This document shows, one piece after another, positions 51,012 to 64,000 of a stretch of DNA of 64,000 bases. Under the pieces are notes generated by a model that saw nothing but the letters and a program-made list of their open reading frames with translations, was not told where the DNA came from and ran no database searches. The stretch spans positions 1-64,000 of IMG/VR virus record IMGVR_UViG_3300033153_009093, one strand, 5' to 3'. Each line of letters starts with the position of its first letter. Position 1 is the stretch's first letter. The stretch comes from a virus. A program made the translations under genes and the position numbers.

Positions 51012-54000
51012 ATGATACCACATTTATCAAAACTAACCAATATAAATGATCTTAATAATTTTGAACAATTATTTTCTTTCAAAAAATCAACGCAATTATT
51101 TATTATACCAAAAGTATATGATGAAAATAATCCTTATAAAAATGAATATAATGACGAATATTAGTTACTAATTTAGTGCGAATTGATAACTAGTGATACT
51201 GATTATTATAATTTTTTAAATAACTTTTTAACTGACACTGCAATATCTAATAAAGATTCTAACAATTTAGCATTATTTTCTATAGAAAATGATACTCTTA
51301 ATTTTGTAGATATGCATGTTTTAGAAACTGACAATAGAGCTAACTTTTCTATAAATTTAAAAACTGCACAAGATTTAATTATTGATGATATTAATGTTAT
51401 TGGTATATATTATACTCAACCAACATTTGTAACAATAAACGATGATATTATAAATAAAAATTATGGTGATATATTTACAGTATCAGTAAAACAATTAAGT
51501 TACGATGATTATAATAATAAATATACTAATCATTATATGTTTCCAGATTCTTAGGATGATTCTGAAGCGTCTAATCCTACAAATTTTGTATTGCCCCGTG
51601 ATATCAGTGATGATTATTATAAAGGTTCATATAATACAAGAACCACTTTACCAGATGAAAAATCCTAGTTAAGTTATAGCTCTGATAATTTTAATACTAA
51701 AGATAGAATAAAACAATATAGAACAGAGTACTTTGACCATGTAATACCTGATATAAATAATGATCAAAATATTGCAATAGCCTATAAAACAATTCCTATA
51801 GCACCTTATATGAATATAGATATTTATATAAACGGTATTTTGAATGAGTATAAATTAAATAATATAACATCTATTCAGTAGATAGATAATAAAATTTTTC
51901 AAATCGTTAAAGATGGTATACTATATAAATGTAATATGCATTGGGAATCTGGTACATTTTACAATTTAATCGAATTAGAAAACTTAAATATTTATTTAAA
52001 TGGCTTATTAAAATATCACAATAATATAATAAAATACGGCAGTAATATAATAAGCGAAAAATAGTCTTTTGGATATGGCAATAGTACTTATGATGATTGT
52101 AACATTTATATAAATGATCAAGAATTTTCTGAAAGTAATTCGGTATAGGGTACTGGATCTTATTATATAACACATAGTAATATTTATAAATTTGGAATGG
52201 ATATGATACAGCCTGTATTATACGAATTTAAAAATTTTATTATATTTCCTCGAAAACGATCAATATTACCTATAAATATAAAAGATTCTTATTAGAAAAA
52301 AACAGTATATAATGAAAATGATTCAGTTTATGTTGCTAATAGAGAAGAGGATTCTATTATTAAAATAAACAATTTTAATAATATTAAACTATTAGAAAAT
52401 GATGCCAAACTAATATCTGAATCAGGAACTAATGCTTTTTATAAAATGAAATCCAATTTAGCATTTGAACAATTATCCGATGATATTTCTTTAATAACAA
52501 TATATAATAATATCGGAGATGTAAACGGTGCGTTTAAAAATGCAAATGAAGATTCAACTAACAATATATTTTTAAAAATTGATGATTATGATTATGATTT
52601 AACAACAGAAAATATAACCTTAGAGTTAAATATAGATTATTCTGAAATAAAACAATTTTTACAAAATGATAAATTTATTAAATTATTAAATAATAATAAT
52701 AGTTATTATTTAAAATAGAATAATTATCTTTTTAATTCGATAACGGAATTAAAAAATAATTTTATGGATATTCTAAATAATAATTTTAATTTGGATGAGA
52801 TAAATTTGTCAACATAGACAACAGAAAATAGTAATTATATAGATAATATCATAGGTATTCAAGATACTATAGATTCTGATATATTTGCTATTAGCAATAA
52901 TACTGAACAACTTAAATTAGGTTATAATTTTATAGAGTTAAATTCATCTTTAAATTCTATAACGAATTTAACTAATCATAAATCAGAATTTAAAATTGAT
53001 CAATTTATAACTTCAGATGGTACAATATATCAAGAAAATGAGATAAATTATAAACTATATAATATTAATACGGATATATCATTTAAATTAATAATTACTG
53101 CTGAAAAAGAATTAGCGGAAAATTATATCAATGATAAGATTATTAATATTGAATATACTATTGAAGATATTAATCAATGTGAGACATCATATATAGTAAA
53201 TAAAAATTTAGAAGATTTATCAAATATTACACATGATACGACTACTATAAATTTTATAAATGATAATACATCTATTACATTATCAAATATTGATAGCACT
53301 TCAATAACATTTGAAGAAAATATAAATTTAAATGAAGAAATCATTCTTAATAAAGATGAAACTTTAAATATCGATATAACTCTTTCTAATTTTAATTTAG
53401 ATAAAGATATTAATCATTATGATATATTTTCAAGTTATAAATATAATGATTTTATTGATATTCATATTAAAGATGATTATTATAATCATAATATTTACCA
53501 TTTGGATTTAATAGGAAAAACTTTTAACACTTATAAAGTTAATTTATCTAATGAATATAAATTTTATACATTTGGAAATTTACCAAAAAAATGCAAAACA
53601 TAGTTATCAACTTAGTATGATTATGATGAAAATAATACTATAAATGAATTTTATGGTAATTATAATAATGCAATTCTATATAATTTAATGGAACAAAATT
53701 CAGCGAAGTATTTTATAGAAAGATATATAGCAAATGAAGCGTTCACTGAACCCGATAGTAATAATACTCCTTGTGATGCATATTATATAAAACAAAATGA
53801 TACCGATTTAGGCACCCTTCCTACATCGCAATCAATTGATGTATAGCCGGTAGATAAAGAGGCTCATACATTGTTTATTAATGCCGCTGTAAATGATTTA
53901 ATAGATGGTGGTAATACTATGTATACAGATTATGAATAGCGATACTATTTAGCTAAATATGGCGTTAATTATGGTGCTATATTAAATGGAGTATCGTCCA

Positions 54001-54773
54001 CTGAATAGATTGTAGGTAATACTATAAAGCCTATAACATAGTAGGTTGATAACGATGCTCAGTTATTTGATAAAGATAACTGCAATGGTTATAATGTTTA
54101 TAATTATTATGATAATACGACCTCTAACAATTTATGTTTCACTTTTAATAAATATTCCGACTCTACTAATCAAATAGAATCATCTTACATTGATTCCACT
54201 AGTATAGATACAATAGAATATGAAAATAGAATAAATGAATACTTCAGTAATGGTTATCCTATTAATAAAAATTTTGATTACGGCAGTCCATTATTAAATG
54301 ATTATAAAAATAAAACTGGAGTAATATATTTTTGCGATTTTTCTTCTCGTTCAATACATCAATCATATGGTGGTACTTTATAGAATCATATTATTGATTT
54401 TGATTACGAACTTCATTCAAATGAAATAGAATTTTTGTCAAATAATTTAACAGATATATTAACTAAAATATATAATGAAAAAAGAAAAATGGGACAAATT
54501 GTAATAGATAATGATTTCAAATATAAATATATTGAATGCGGGTCGTATATTTATGATATCCCTCGATCCTCTATGAATATTAAATTAGAAAGAAAACATT
54601 CAACTATAACAGTGTATATAAATGATATTATTGTAGATGAAATACTTACTAATGATGATAAATCATACATTTCTAATATTATAAATTAGGGCAATATATA
54701 GGCCGGAAATAAGACTATTAATATGTATAAAACTATAAACATAGTAACAAAAAAATCAGGATTATGGTGTTAA
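51012..54773 (+). CDS. Giant putative virion/tail protein, 1253 aa (20 TAG, 2 TGG)
   Basis: ATG 51012 to TAA 54771 with no TAA/TGA; next ATG at 54775. Confidence 0.82.
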
Positions 54774-54774
54774 T

Positions 54775-55896
54775 ATGATAAAAAGGTCATTTTATGATTT
54801 TAAAAATCAATTTACAAATGAATCTATAGATAATGTAAAAGTGCCTTATAATGTTCTTTTAAAAAGTTTTAATACAGATGTAACCACATATGATGATATA
54901 TTAAATTATTTTGATATAGATATTTCTTCTGATGGTACTAATATATCTTGTGACATTACACAAAAGGAAGATACTAGTTATATATACCCTGAACCAATTA
55001 TTTATGATTTTTCAATACCTAATGAAATTGATTATATATATGATTAGTATCCGGCTTCAGATGATCCTCAATCTCATTAGATAGGGGTAAAATTACCTTC
55101 AGATAATACCTCTGTGTTAATAAATAAACCTTTTAAAGATACTACAATTACATTATCAGAGACAAGAAAGATGCACCCTACGCCATCTATCGAAATGTAG
55201 TATTCTTCATATAATGACCATTTAATATTACCTAAAGAAGAATTGGTATAGGATGAAAATTTTACAGAATTCGCAACTGATATTTATAAATTCGCAAATG
55301 ATACAACAAAAACTGAATATGCTCATAAATATGAATTATATTTATTTAATCCATCTACATTACTTTCATTAAATAAAAATTTTAAGTTTGGGTTTCATTT
55401 TGATTCTAGTTTATTAGGTGTAAAAAATACTAATGATTTTCAATGGAATCCTAATAAAAAATACTAGCCAAATAATACTAATGTCACAAATGATATAATT
55501 GGCAGTTATTATGATTATGATTCTAATTATAAACTAAATGGATAGTTATTAATAAATAGTGATATTACATCTTATATTGGTTCTTATAACTTAAACATAG
55601 ATACTACTGTAATTATAGATAGTGAAAATTATAAAATAAATAGAGCACATGTACCACCTATGAGATATTTAAGTATTGGGGATTTTGATACTGATGAACC
55701 TGAAAACTATTATCAACCAATTATTGCTTTTAATGATAAAAATAATTATAGACATGTTAAAATTGAACACGAAAATCATAGTCAATTTACCGAAACGACT
55801 GGTATAAATGCTATTTTAAATTCATTAAAGAATGAAACTCATAGTGAATTTTTAGTTGAATTTGATGGATATAATGAAGTAATAGAATTAAATTAA
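54775..55896 (+). CDS. Putative virion protein, 373 aa (6 TAG, 1 TGG)
   Basis: Continuous frame to TAA. Confidence 0.78.
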
Positions 55897-55924
55897 TTTT
55901 TAAATAAAGAAGGGTTATATATTC

Positions 55925-58711
55925 ATGTCAAATATAAACTATGATAAAGATATTTTAATTTATCCTATAACAAATAATTTATCAGATATAACTAATACTG
56001 ATATTACAACATCACATGCTATAAACGTTAATATTCTTAGTTTAGTTAATAGTACTGGAATAGCTATTTATAAAGATAATACTTAGGTATTTAAAGATTT
56101 CAATAATGAAATTGAAAACAAATAGATATTTAATGATAGCACAAATACTGACATGACAGTATATTCCTATAATATTTATAATATATTTATTGATGATACA
56201 GAAAATATTAAAGCATATTTATATAACAATAAACGAAAAAAGATCAGTGATATATTTGAAAAAAATATTAATATAGATTATAAAATAACAATAGATATTA
56301 CTGGAATAGATTTATCTGATCCGAAAAATTATGAATTGGATAGTACAATTGTATTGGATACAACTTCATAGATAGATAATACAGTAATAATAAAGCATGT
56401 ATCAGGTATGTATAATAGAAAATATCAAATGGATTCATATACTAATATATATGAGTTTACAACTTCTGATTCGACCAATTTAGTTTATAATTTGTATCAA
56501 GATTCAGATAATAGATTATTTGATTACAATAACAATCTTACTTTATATGTAACAGATTCGACAGGTAATCAAGTTTCAAATAAACTAGAAAAAAATTATT
56601 TAATAAAACATATAAACTGCGAAACTCCTTTAATGTCACCTATTGTGTCGGAATATATTAATTATAATACTTAGAATGCGAGTCCAACTAATTCGAATAC
56701 ATATGAAGGTGATTGGCATAGTTGTTGTGTATATACAAAATATATGAACTTAACAATTCAACCTTATGGTACTTTTCAAAAAAATCTTAAATATTTCGAT
56801 ATTTATAATAATTATAACTCAACCGGAGCAATAAATTTAACATATAATGTCCCTTTATTAATAACTTCATATTTATCGCAAGGTGATAATTGGGATGAAA
56901 ATGTAAGCGGTGAATTAGATACAACCGATACAATTATAGAACATGATATTCATCCTTCTAATATTTATAATAATCATAATCTCATAAACTATAGCGAAAA
57001 TTCTATATTTTTATAGTTTAAATAGAATGATAATATTACGTCATATAATTATGATGATAATATGCATTCTTTAAGAATTAGAAATAATAGAGAAGGAAAT
57101 TTAGATTTGGTATATTTTCCTAATGACTATAATAATACTCCTACTTATTTTGATGATCATACTGACACTGGCGCATATGGTGAGGAAAATATATCTGGGC
57201 CAGAGTAGTATACTACGTCCAATTTTATAGAATAGAGGAAATATAATTTACAGTATAATAACTGGGATAACATAAATGAAGAAGTTATAATTGATTCATC
57301 TTATGAATAGAAATATTCTGAGCAACAATATTATTAGTAGGAAAGTAGAATACCAATAATGTTACGAATTGAAACTAATCACAAGGTAAGATTTAAATTA
57401 GAAATGAATGGAGCGGAAGATTTTGATGATAGAATTAATAATTTAATAGATATTGTAATAAATCCTAATGAACCTTTCGAATTAAGACAATCAGAAGATT
57501 TTTATATTAATCCATATACTTATTATTTTGTAACTTTTTAGTTTGAATTATTAGATACCACTACTATAAGTTTAGAAACCGCTCAAGATATAGAATTTAA
57601 TGTGTAGTTAACTCCTATTAGAGATGATAGATTATATATAATAAAAGATGATATATCTTTTCAACACGGAGATGAAATAGAATAGTTTTCGTTACAAGGT
57701 GAAGTTCACCATGATCCAGAATATATATATAATATATCTAATATAAATAAAATGACAATGGATGATACTATAAAATGTAATGATCCTTATATAAAATTTG
57801 ATAAAGGTACTAATGATTTAAGTATTTTGATGACAGAATTTTCTTCAAATGATACAACTTCTAATGTATCATTAAATTTTAGAACTTATAACATTGATGC
57901 TACATCTATTCCTGATTTTACTAATGTAAACGATTTAAATATTGGTGATATTGTACATGTATATGGATATAATTTAAACGAAACTTATATAGTTGAAAGT
58001 TATATTGTCCCTGATAATACTAATATAACTCAAAGTGAAGTTTATAAAATTTCTTTTAAAACTGCAACAGGTGTATGTTCTACTCCGGTAGTTGTTAGAG
58101 ATGATGAATATGGAGAATAGACTATAACTTGCATTGGGGATTGTAGGCCGTCATATACGTATGTAACGAGCAATTATGCTGATGGTAATACAATGCACCA
58201 TATTACATACCAAGACGGTTTAAATGTCGCTCAAGGCGAACCAGTCGAAGTATTGACAGTTCATCCTAATACTAATAGAGGATGTAATGTATATATGGAT
58301 AACACAGAAGCAATAGTGTGCATGGCACCATATGCAATAAGATATGACACAGAACAAACCGGTGTATTTTTTGCATTTTCTTGTATAGGTGATGATTTAT
58401 CATATGCTTCATCTGAAGTTATAGAAAGTGAAAATTACCCTGATCAAAGTATGTGCCCTGTAGGTAATTTGTATTATTATTATGCAGGTAGAACATCGTA
58501 GAAATGGTATGAGCATAATTATGCGAGAGGAATAGGATCTTATAACGCAACAAGATATTATCGAAAAAATGAAGGCTCTTAGATAAATTCAGGGACAAGC
58601 TCTTATTCATATTTATCGGTAAGTTTAAATGATACAATTGAAGTTATGCAACAAGATACATATTCAAATTATGACCATTCATGGTCAATTAAAAAGAAAC
58701 GATAGGCGTAA
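55925..58711 (+). CDS. Large putative virion/tail protein, 928 aa (18 TAG, 5 TGG)
   Basis: Joins six fragments; YKDNT*VF, RTS*KWY, NEGS*INSG; TAA followed by ATG at 58714. Confidence 0.82.
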
Positions 58712-58713
58712 TA

Positions 58714-61700
58714 ATGGACTCTACTATATTAAACAATACAACAGTATATGCCGTAAATTGTAATGAGATTTATAATTATTCTCCAAAAAGAAAAATCGAA
58801 GTAATTAATGATAATAATAATTTATCTCCTTATGATAAAAACTTCACATATTTAGTAACGTTTCACCCTATAAGTCCATACTCTTAGGATCAAACGGGTA
58901 CCGATCATTTATCACCTAATGATATAAAATGTATAGATACTAATTTTGTAAACGTTGAAGATTATCATTATTTGAATAATGATGCGTTTGAATAGTGGAA
59001 TGATTCAACAGAGTCTTTATATCCTATTTTAAATTATGATACCACATGCAATTACAATAATGCTTCATTAAACACTGGAGATTTTTTAAATTGTTTTTCA
59101 TTATTTATCTATAAAAAGAAACTACATTAGGTGATAAATGATAGTACATCATATCCGGCATTAGTTCATTGTAAAATTGATTTGGATGATATAGAGTTGC
59201 AACATCATAAATATTATCATACAATATTAACCAGAAATGATAATATTTACACTATGCATTTAATTCTCGATAAATATTCTTTGTTTTCCACTTATGACCC
59301 TGAACATATTTATAGATTGCCATATGAAAGACATAATACATCTACAGATAAAATATCTGATGATATAACCACAATAGAAGCTGACACCATTGCTAATGTC
59401 GCAATAGTTAATACAAATGAAGAATATGCTATTGATTTTACATATGATAATAATGAAAGATATATAGAATTTACATTAGATGAAACTTGCGATTTAGTAA
59501 TAGAACTATTACCAGACGAAAGGCATAAACATATGAGCTGTCAGGTAGATGAACATTATAGTCCTATTAACTCTACTTCATATGGAGGTATTGGGTTAGA
59601 TGGTCATAATTAGAGTTCTATAACAAATATCGATACTTTAATTGATGAAGAAACAAATAATATCTCAAAATCTTCCGAAAGTGGCAGATTTACTACATTT
59701 TTAAATTTATCACCCGGTAAATATAAATTTATAATATATGTCCCTTTTAATTATGAAAACTATCCTGATGTAGCATTTTAGGAATATAGTTTTTATAATA
59801 CTAATACTGACTATAATTCATTTTATAATAAGCCCGAAAGTGTATCTTTTAAAATATATAAAGAAAATAAAAAAGAAAATAGCTATTTTAATTGGAATTA
59901 TAATTATAAAACTGATACTGTTATTTTATCAGAAAATATCAATATATCTGAAATAATAAATGATAATAAATTAGTTTATGGTTATTTAGAAAGATATCCT
60001 CAAAATATACTAAATAATAATTTATTATATAAAAATTCTTTTAAAGGTTATATTACTGAAACTTCATATTATAGAGATCAAGTATATTTAAGAAAATTTA
60101 ATAATACTATACCATTTAACAGTTTTCAATATATAACCGATTATACCGCTTCTTATAATGAAAATTTAAATCAATATAATTTAATTAGACCTGATTTTGA
60201 AAATATTATTAATAACCCTGACACCGAAACACCTTTTTCAAATCAAAATAATATGAAAGCTGTAATCAATAATAATAATAAAATACCTTTAAAATCTTAT
60301 TTTAATATTATTGAAAATAGTAATTATTCAACAGAATATAATGTTACTTAGGCAAGGCATATCTACGGGGCGGATGAAGATGAATGTTCAATGCCAAGAG
60401 TCGAATATTTTACAAATTTTATCATTGATGACATTATTTTAATAGATGAAAGTGTAATAGATACTAATATAATAAATAATGCATCTAATAAAATTACACA
60501 TATAGAATATCCCAGAACGATTGATTCAAGTTCAAATATCGAATATACCGGCAATGACATTGTTATTAATAACAAAACATTATTAATATTTACATTTGAT
60601 ATTATGAAAAATTTAATTTCCTCTAATGGTTATACTGTATATGATCAGACAAAATTTTTAATGACATCAAATTATATATTAGAAGAATATGATGAAAATA
60701 AAACATATCAATCGTATATTGATAGTACTGACAATTACATTCAACCGATAGATTTAACTATCAACGGTTTAAAGAAATTAGATATTTTAAATTCTTTAAA
60801 CAATTATATTAATACTGTTAAGGATTCTACAAATAATTTATTTGTAACAAAATTTATTATTCAATGTTTTCGAGATTCAAGATATATGTTTATGTATAAA
60901 ATATCCAATAAAACATTATTAACAGATCGAAATAATTATTATGATTATCAATTAGATGGTAAATGCATTACTTCATCTGATTTGTTTAATCCTGTATTTG
61001 ATAATATTATATCGCCTTATCATACGAATTTTGATTATAGGATGTCATTTTCTCCTTCCTATATATCAGGATATTAGTATACAAAAAAACCTGAAAGATA
61101 GAAAGGTTTTACAGGTAATCATTATGTATATAATGGATTTTATTATTCAACAGAGGTGTAGGAAGGAGAAAAAACTATAGTATTATTATATTCTAATGAT
61201 TTATATGATGAGGATTTTGATCCAGTTCCATTAGATAAAATTTATAAATTAACTACACCTGATTATTTGTCAACCTCTTAGGATGATATTTATTTAAATA
61301 ATTTAAGTTATGATGAAATACATATAACAGATTTAAATAAAACAGTATATCTAAAAATGAAAGTGGATGATTATATTAATAAATATGGAAATTTACTTTC
61401 AAAATATATAGAAAGCGAACTATATGAAGATGGAACAGTATTAGCTAATTTTTCTTATGATCCAAATAAACATTATTATATTGAATTATATGACTCAACT
61501 ATTAATGATAATATTGTAGTAGGTGATTTTTAGCATTTTCAGGGGTCAAAAAAAACTAGAATTCCAAATTATGAAATAACCGAAGTTGATAGCACAACGT
61601 ATAAAGTAGATTATACCAATGTAAATACTAACGATATAAATTTATATATTGCATTAGATTTCACTGATCCTATATCTGATAAAAGTAAATTAAATTAGGC

Positions 61701-62085
61701 ATTAGCGTTATTTGAATATGGTCATAATTTTGAGATGGAAAATGGTTATTGTCATACATTACCTACAATAAAAACTGATGGTAAAAAAGATTTATTTCAA
61801 TTAAAATATGAAGAAGAATTTAATGATTATTAGGCATTTTATTAGTAGTACCCTTTAATAAAGCATGATATTGTTTCAAGGCAAAATGATTATAGTAATT
61901 CATATATGTACAATTTAATAGAATAGTATAATTATGAAATTGGAAATTCTTCTATAGGTTCCTATGATGATACATATAATGAATTTGTGATAACAGCATA
62001 GTCTACTTAGGGTTATATAGATTAGTTTTTTTCTAAAATAAACGTTGTTTATGATAACGATAAACGAATTATTACAGATTTTTAA
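58714..62085 (+). CDS. Giant putative virion/tail protein, 1123 aa (19 TAG, 2 TGG)
   Basis: Continuous frame to TAA; NDY*AFY**YPL. Confidence 0.82.
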
Positions 62086-62107
62086 TAAAAAATTAAATGG
62101 TTTTTAA

Positions 62108-64000
62108 ATGAAAAATTTAAGAAATATTCCTTCAAATATATATTTTTCAAATTTATTATCTGATATAGAAAATAAAGATTGTACCTCTGTATTTAAACTA
62201 AATAATAAAAATTATTTAGATATAACTATTCCTGTTTCCGAATTATTGCAAAATAATAATAAAGCGATAACTAATAGGCATATTCCTATACAAGATGACA
62301 ATACTTATAATGCCTTTTATCAATATTATAATTATACTGACAATGATATAAAAGCAATCCCTGACATAAAAAATGAATATCCGGTCACTTCTTAGTATCC
62401 TGAGAATCATTCTGATTAGGTAGGGTCGGATGGTACTATTGCAATTGATATGAAAGACTATCCGGTTGATAATTTAGAATTGACATTGTATAATAGTTAT
62501 AATACGGTACCTAAAGAATAGTAGGATGATAGTCCACAAAATTATATATCCACATTAAGAAATATATCAGGAGCGGAAACTTTAAATGGTTTTAAAATTG
62601 TAAATGATAGTTCCTTTGATACTCATAGTAAATTAGCAAATTATGATTATTAGGTTAATAAATATTCTTATAGCTATACTTATAATAATATGTATAATCC
62701 AGTAAATCTTTATGAATTAGAACCGGGGTATTTTGATATATCATGTTCTAGTTACGCAATGAAGAATCATATATCAAAGTAGGATGAAGAAGGTTTATAT
62801 ATTTATTATAAACTTATTGACACTAAAGAAATAAGTAAAAATAATGATATTTTTGAATAGGATATTTCTTATAATTTTAATGATAAACAGTAGATAAATA
62901 CTATTCAAGGATTTTTATATAACTTTAAATAGTATGCAGTTGATGAAAGTAGAATTTCTACTCCTGTATATGATAGAAATTATTATGGCACATTTAATTA
63001 TCTCCATTGTGATACTTCGTATTTTTTAAATGATTATAATGAAGATACTGATCATTTTGATGAGGTAATTTTAACAGCATATTCATTTAACGAAACATTA
63101 AATGAATAGATACCTATAGGAAATCGTAGTTTATTTTCCCCTGATGTAATTGATTTAGAAAAATTATTACCAATTAAACCAACATATACAAATAAAATAA
63201 AACTGACTATAACTCAAAAATATACATTTGATGGAGTTGAAACTGACAATACTGCATTACTTGACGATATCGTTTTTAAGAATATAAATGGCGAATTGAT
63301 AAATGAAAAGTATGCGGTAGATAAAATTACCAATACATTACAATATAAAAGATGTGCAGCATGTAGTAAATTTTTACCCGGCTTTAATATTGATTTATTG
63401 AATAATAATAAAAGTGTATTTCATACTCAATATGATAATAAAACATTTGCCCGTTTCAAAGATTATGAAATAGTAGTACCTTTCACCTCTTTTATTACAG
63501 AAAGATTATTTATAAAAGATAATGATTATTATCCCTATTTATATGATGTAAATTATAATGATAATAATTTACAATTTTATGTAAACTCAGATAGTTACAA
63601 ACATAGTGATATTTTATATAAAGGTATTAATAATATAGATGTATTATTAGTAACTTACGATTATAATAATATTATAGATTACAATGATTCAACTATTATA
63701 GAGTCCTACAATTATAATAATATTAATAATAAAATTATTTCTGATTTCACAACAGATATCAGTTCCGTTATTGATAATTATTTTATTAATATTAGATTAA
63801 ATTATCAACAGAGTATAGAAAACATTGTAAATTTTATGACTAAACTAAACTATTATACTGATGTATATAATAATTATGATTATGATTTTAAAATACCTCA
63901 AATAAATAGTATTACGGCAATTAAAAGAATTCTTACATATAAATATGACAATGACTCAACAGTGACAAAAGAAATAACAAAGGAAAATACTAATAATATT
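62108..64000 (+). CDS. Putative virion protein, partial, >630 aa (10 TAG, 0 TGG)
   Basis: Frame open to the window end when TAG is read; LNE*IPIG. Confidence 0.8.

Noticed and set aside
931-61180. Short opposite-strand or alternate-frame ORFs in the track (e.g. 931, 1697, 7767, 9697, 10723, 11409, 12840, 16563, 27879, 28121, 28457, 30991, 35077, 36338, 51907, 58419, 60363)
   Set aside because: Shadows of longer genes on the other strand or frame, several of which only appear once TAG is read as sense.
22947-64000. TAG = Gln (genetic code 15, as in crAss-like and Lak phages)
   Set aside because: It would leave about 14 Trp in about 9,700 aa, place Gln at conserved Trp/aromatic columns of the terminase, hydrolase and capsid, and Gln is already well supplied by CAA/CAG. 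It cannot be fully excluded without proteomics, given Su7-type mischarging.
21386-64000. Pseudogenisation or G-to-A hypermutation (TGG to TAG)
   Set aside because: TAGs occur in genes on both strands, almost only in late genes, with no frameshifts, no matching TAA and only one TGA interruption. Gly-containing motifs are intact, and neighbouring early genes keep TGG.
47218-64000. TAG = pyrrolysine
   Set aside because: Up to 20 TAGs per gene, including tandem pairs at Trp-like positions; no pyl genes visible in the window.
1-64000. Genome-wide TGA = Trp (code 4)
   Set aside because: TGA is the evident stop of many genes with ATGA overlaps (2315-2318, 2863-2866, 33057-33060, 38690-38693, 39322-39325) and of the terminase; only one small ORF has an internal TGA.
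1-64000. CRISPR array, rRNA or canonical tRNA genes
   Set aside because: No regularly spaced direct repeats and no recognisable rRNA or tRNA sequence seen on either strand by eye.

Overview
Very AT-rich segment of a large T4-like tailed phage: gp23-type major capsid, gp21-type prohead protease, large terminase, giant virion/tail proteins, PolB, LigA, SF1 helicase, CCA-adding enzyme, Hen1/Pnkp/Rnl RNA repair, three radical SAM enzymes and APS kinase. Main result: the ORF track is fragmented because the late (virion, packaging, lysis) genes use TAG as a sense codon, and the evidence points to TAG = TRYPTOPHAN rather than the glutamine known from recoded phages. Reading through TAG joins the fragments into 23 genes of up to 1253 aa, with about 142 in-frame TAGs and only about 14 TGGs (manual counts). 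TAGs fall at conserved Trp/aromatic positions of the terminase, a SleB-like hydrolase, the capsid protein and tail-fibre motifs. Early/metabolic genes sit next to sigma70-type promoters, use TGG and (with two exceptions) contain no TAG. No gene I accept ends in TAG. Recoded blocks have their own upstream motif (AATTAATATAATAA) and are mostly bounded by long hairpins. No suppressor tRNA, TrpRS or release factor was found in this window. All translations and counts were done by hand and family assignments come from motif recall, not database searches.
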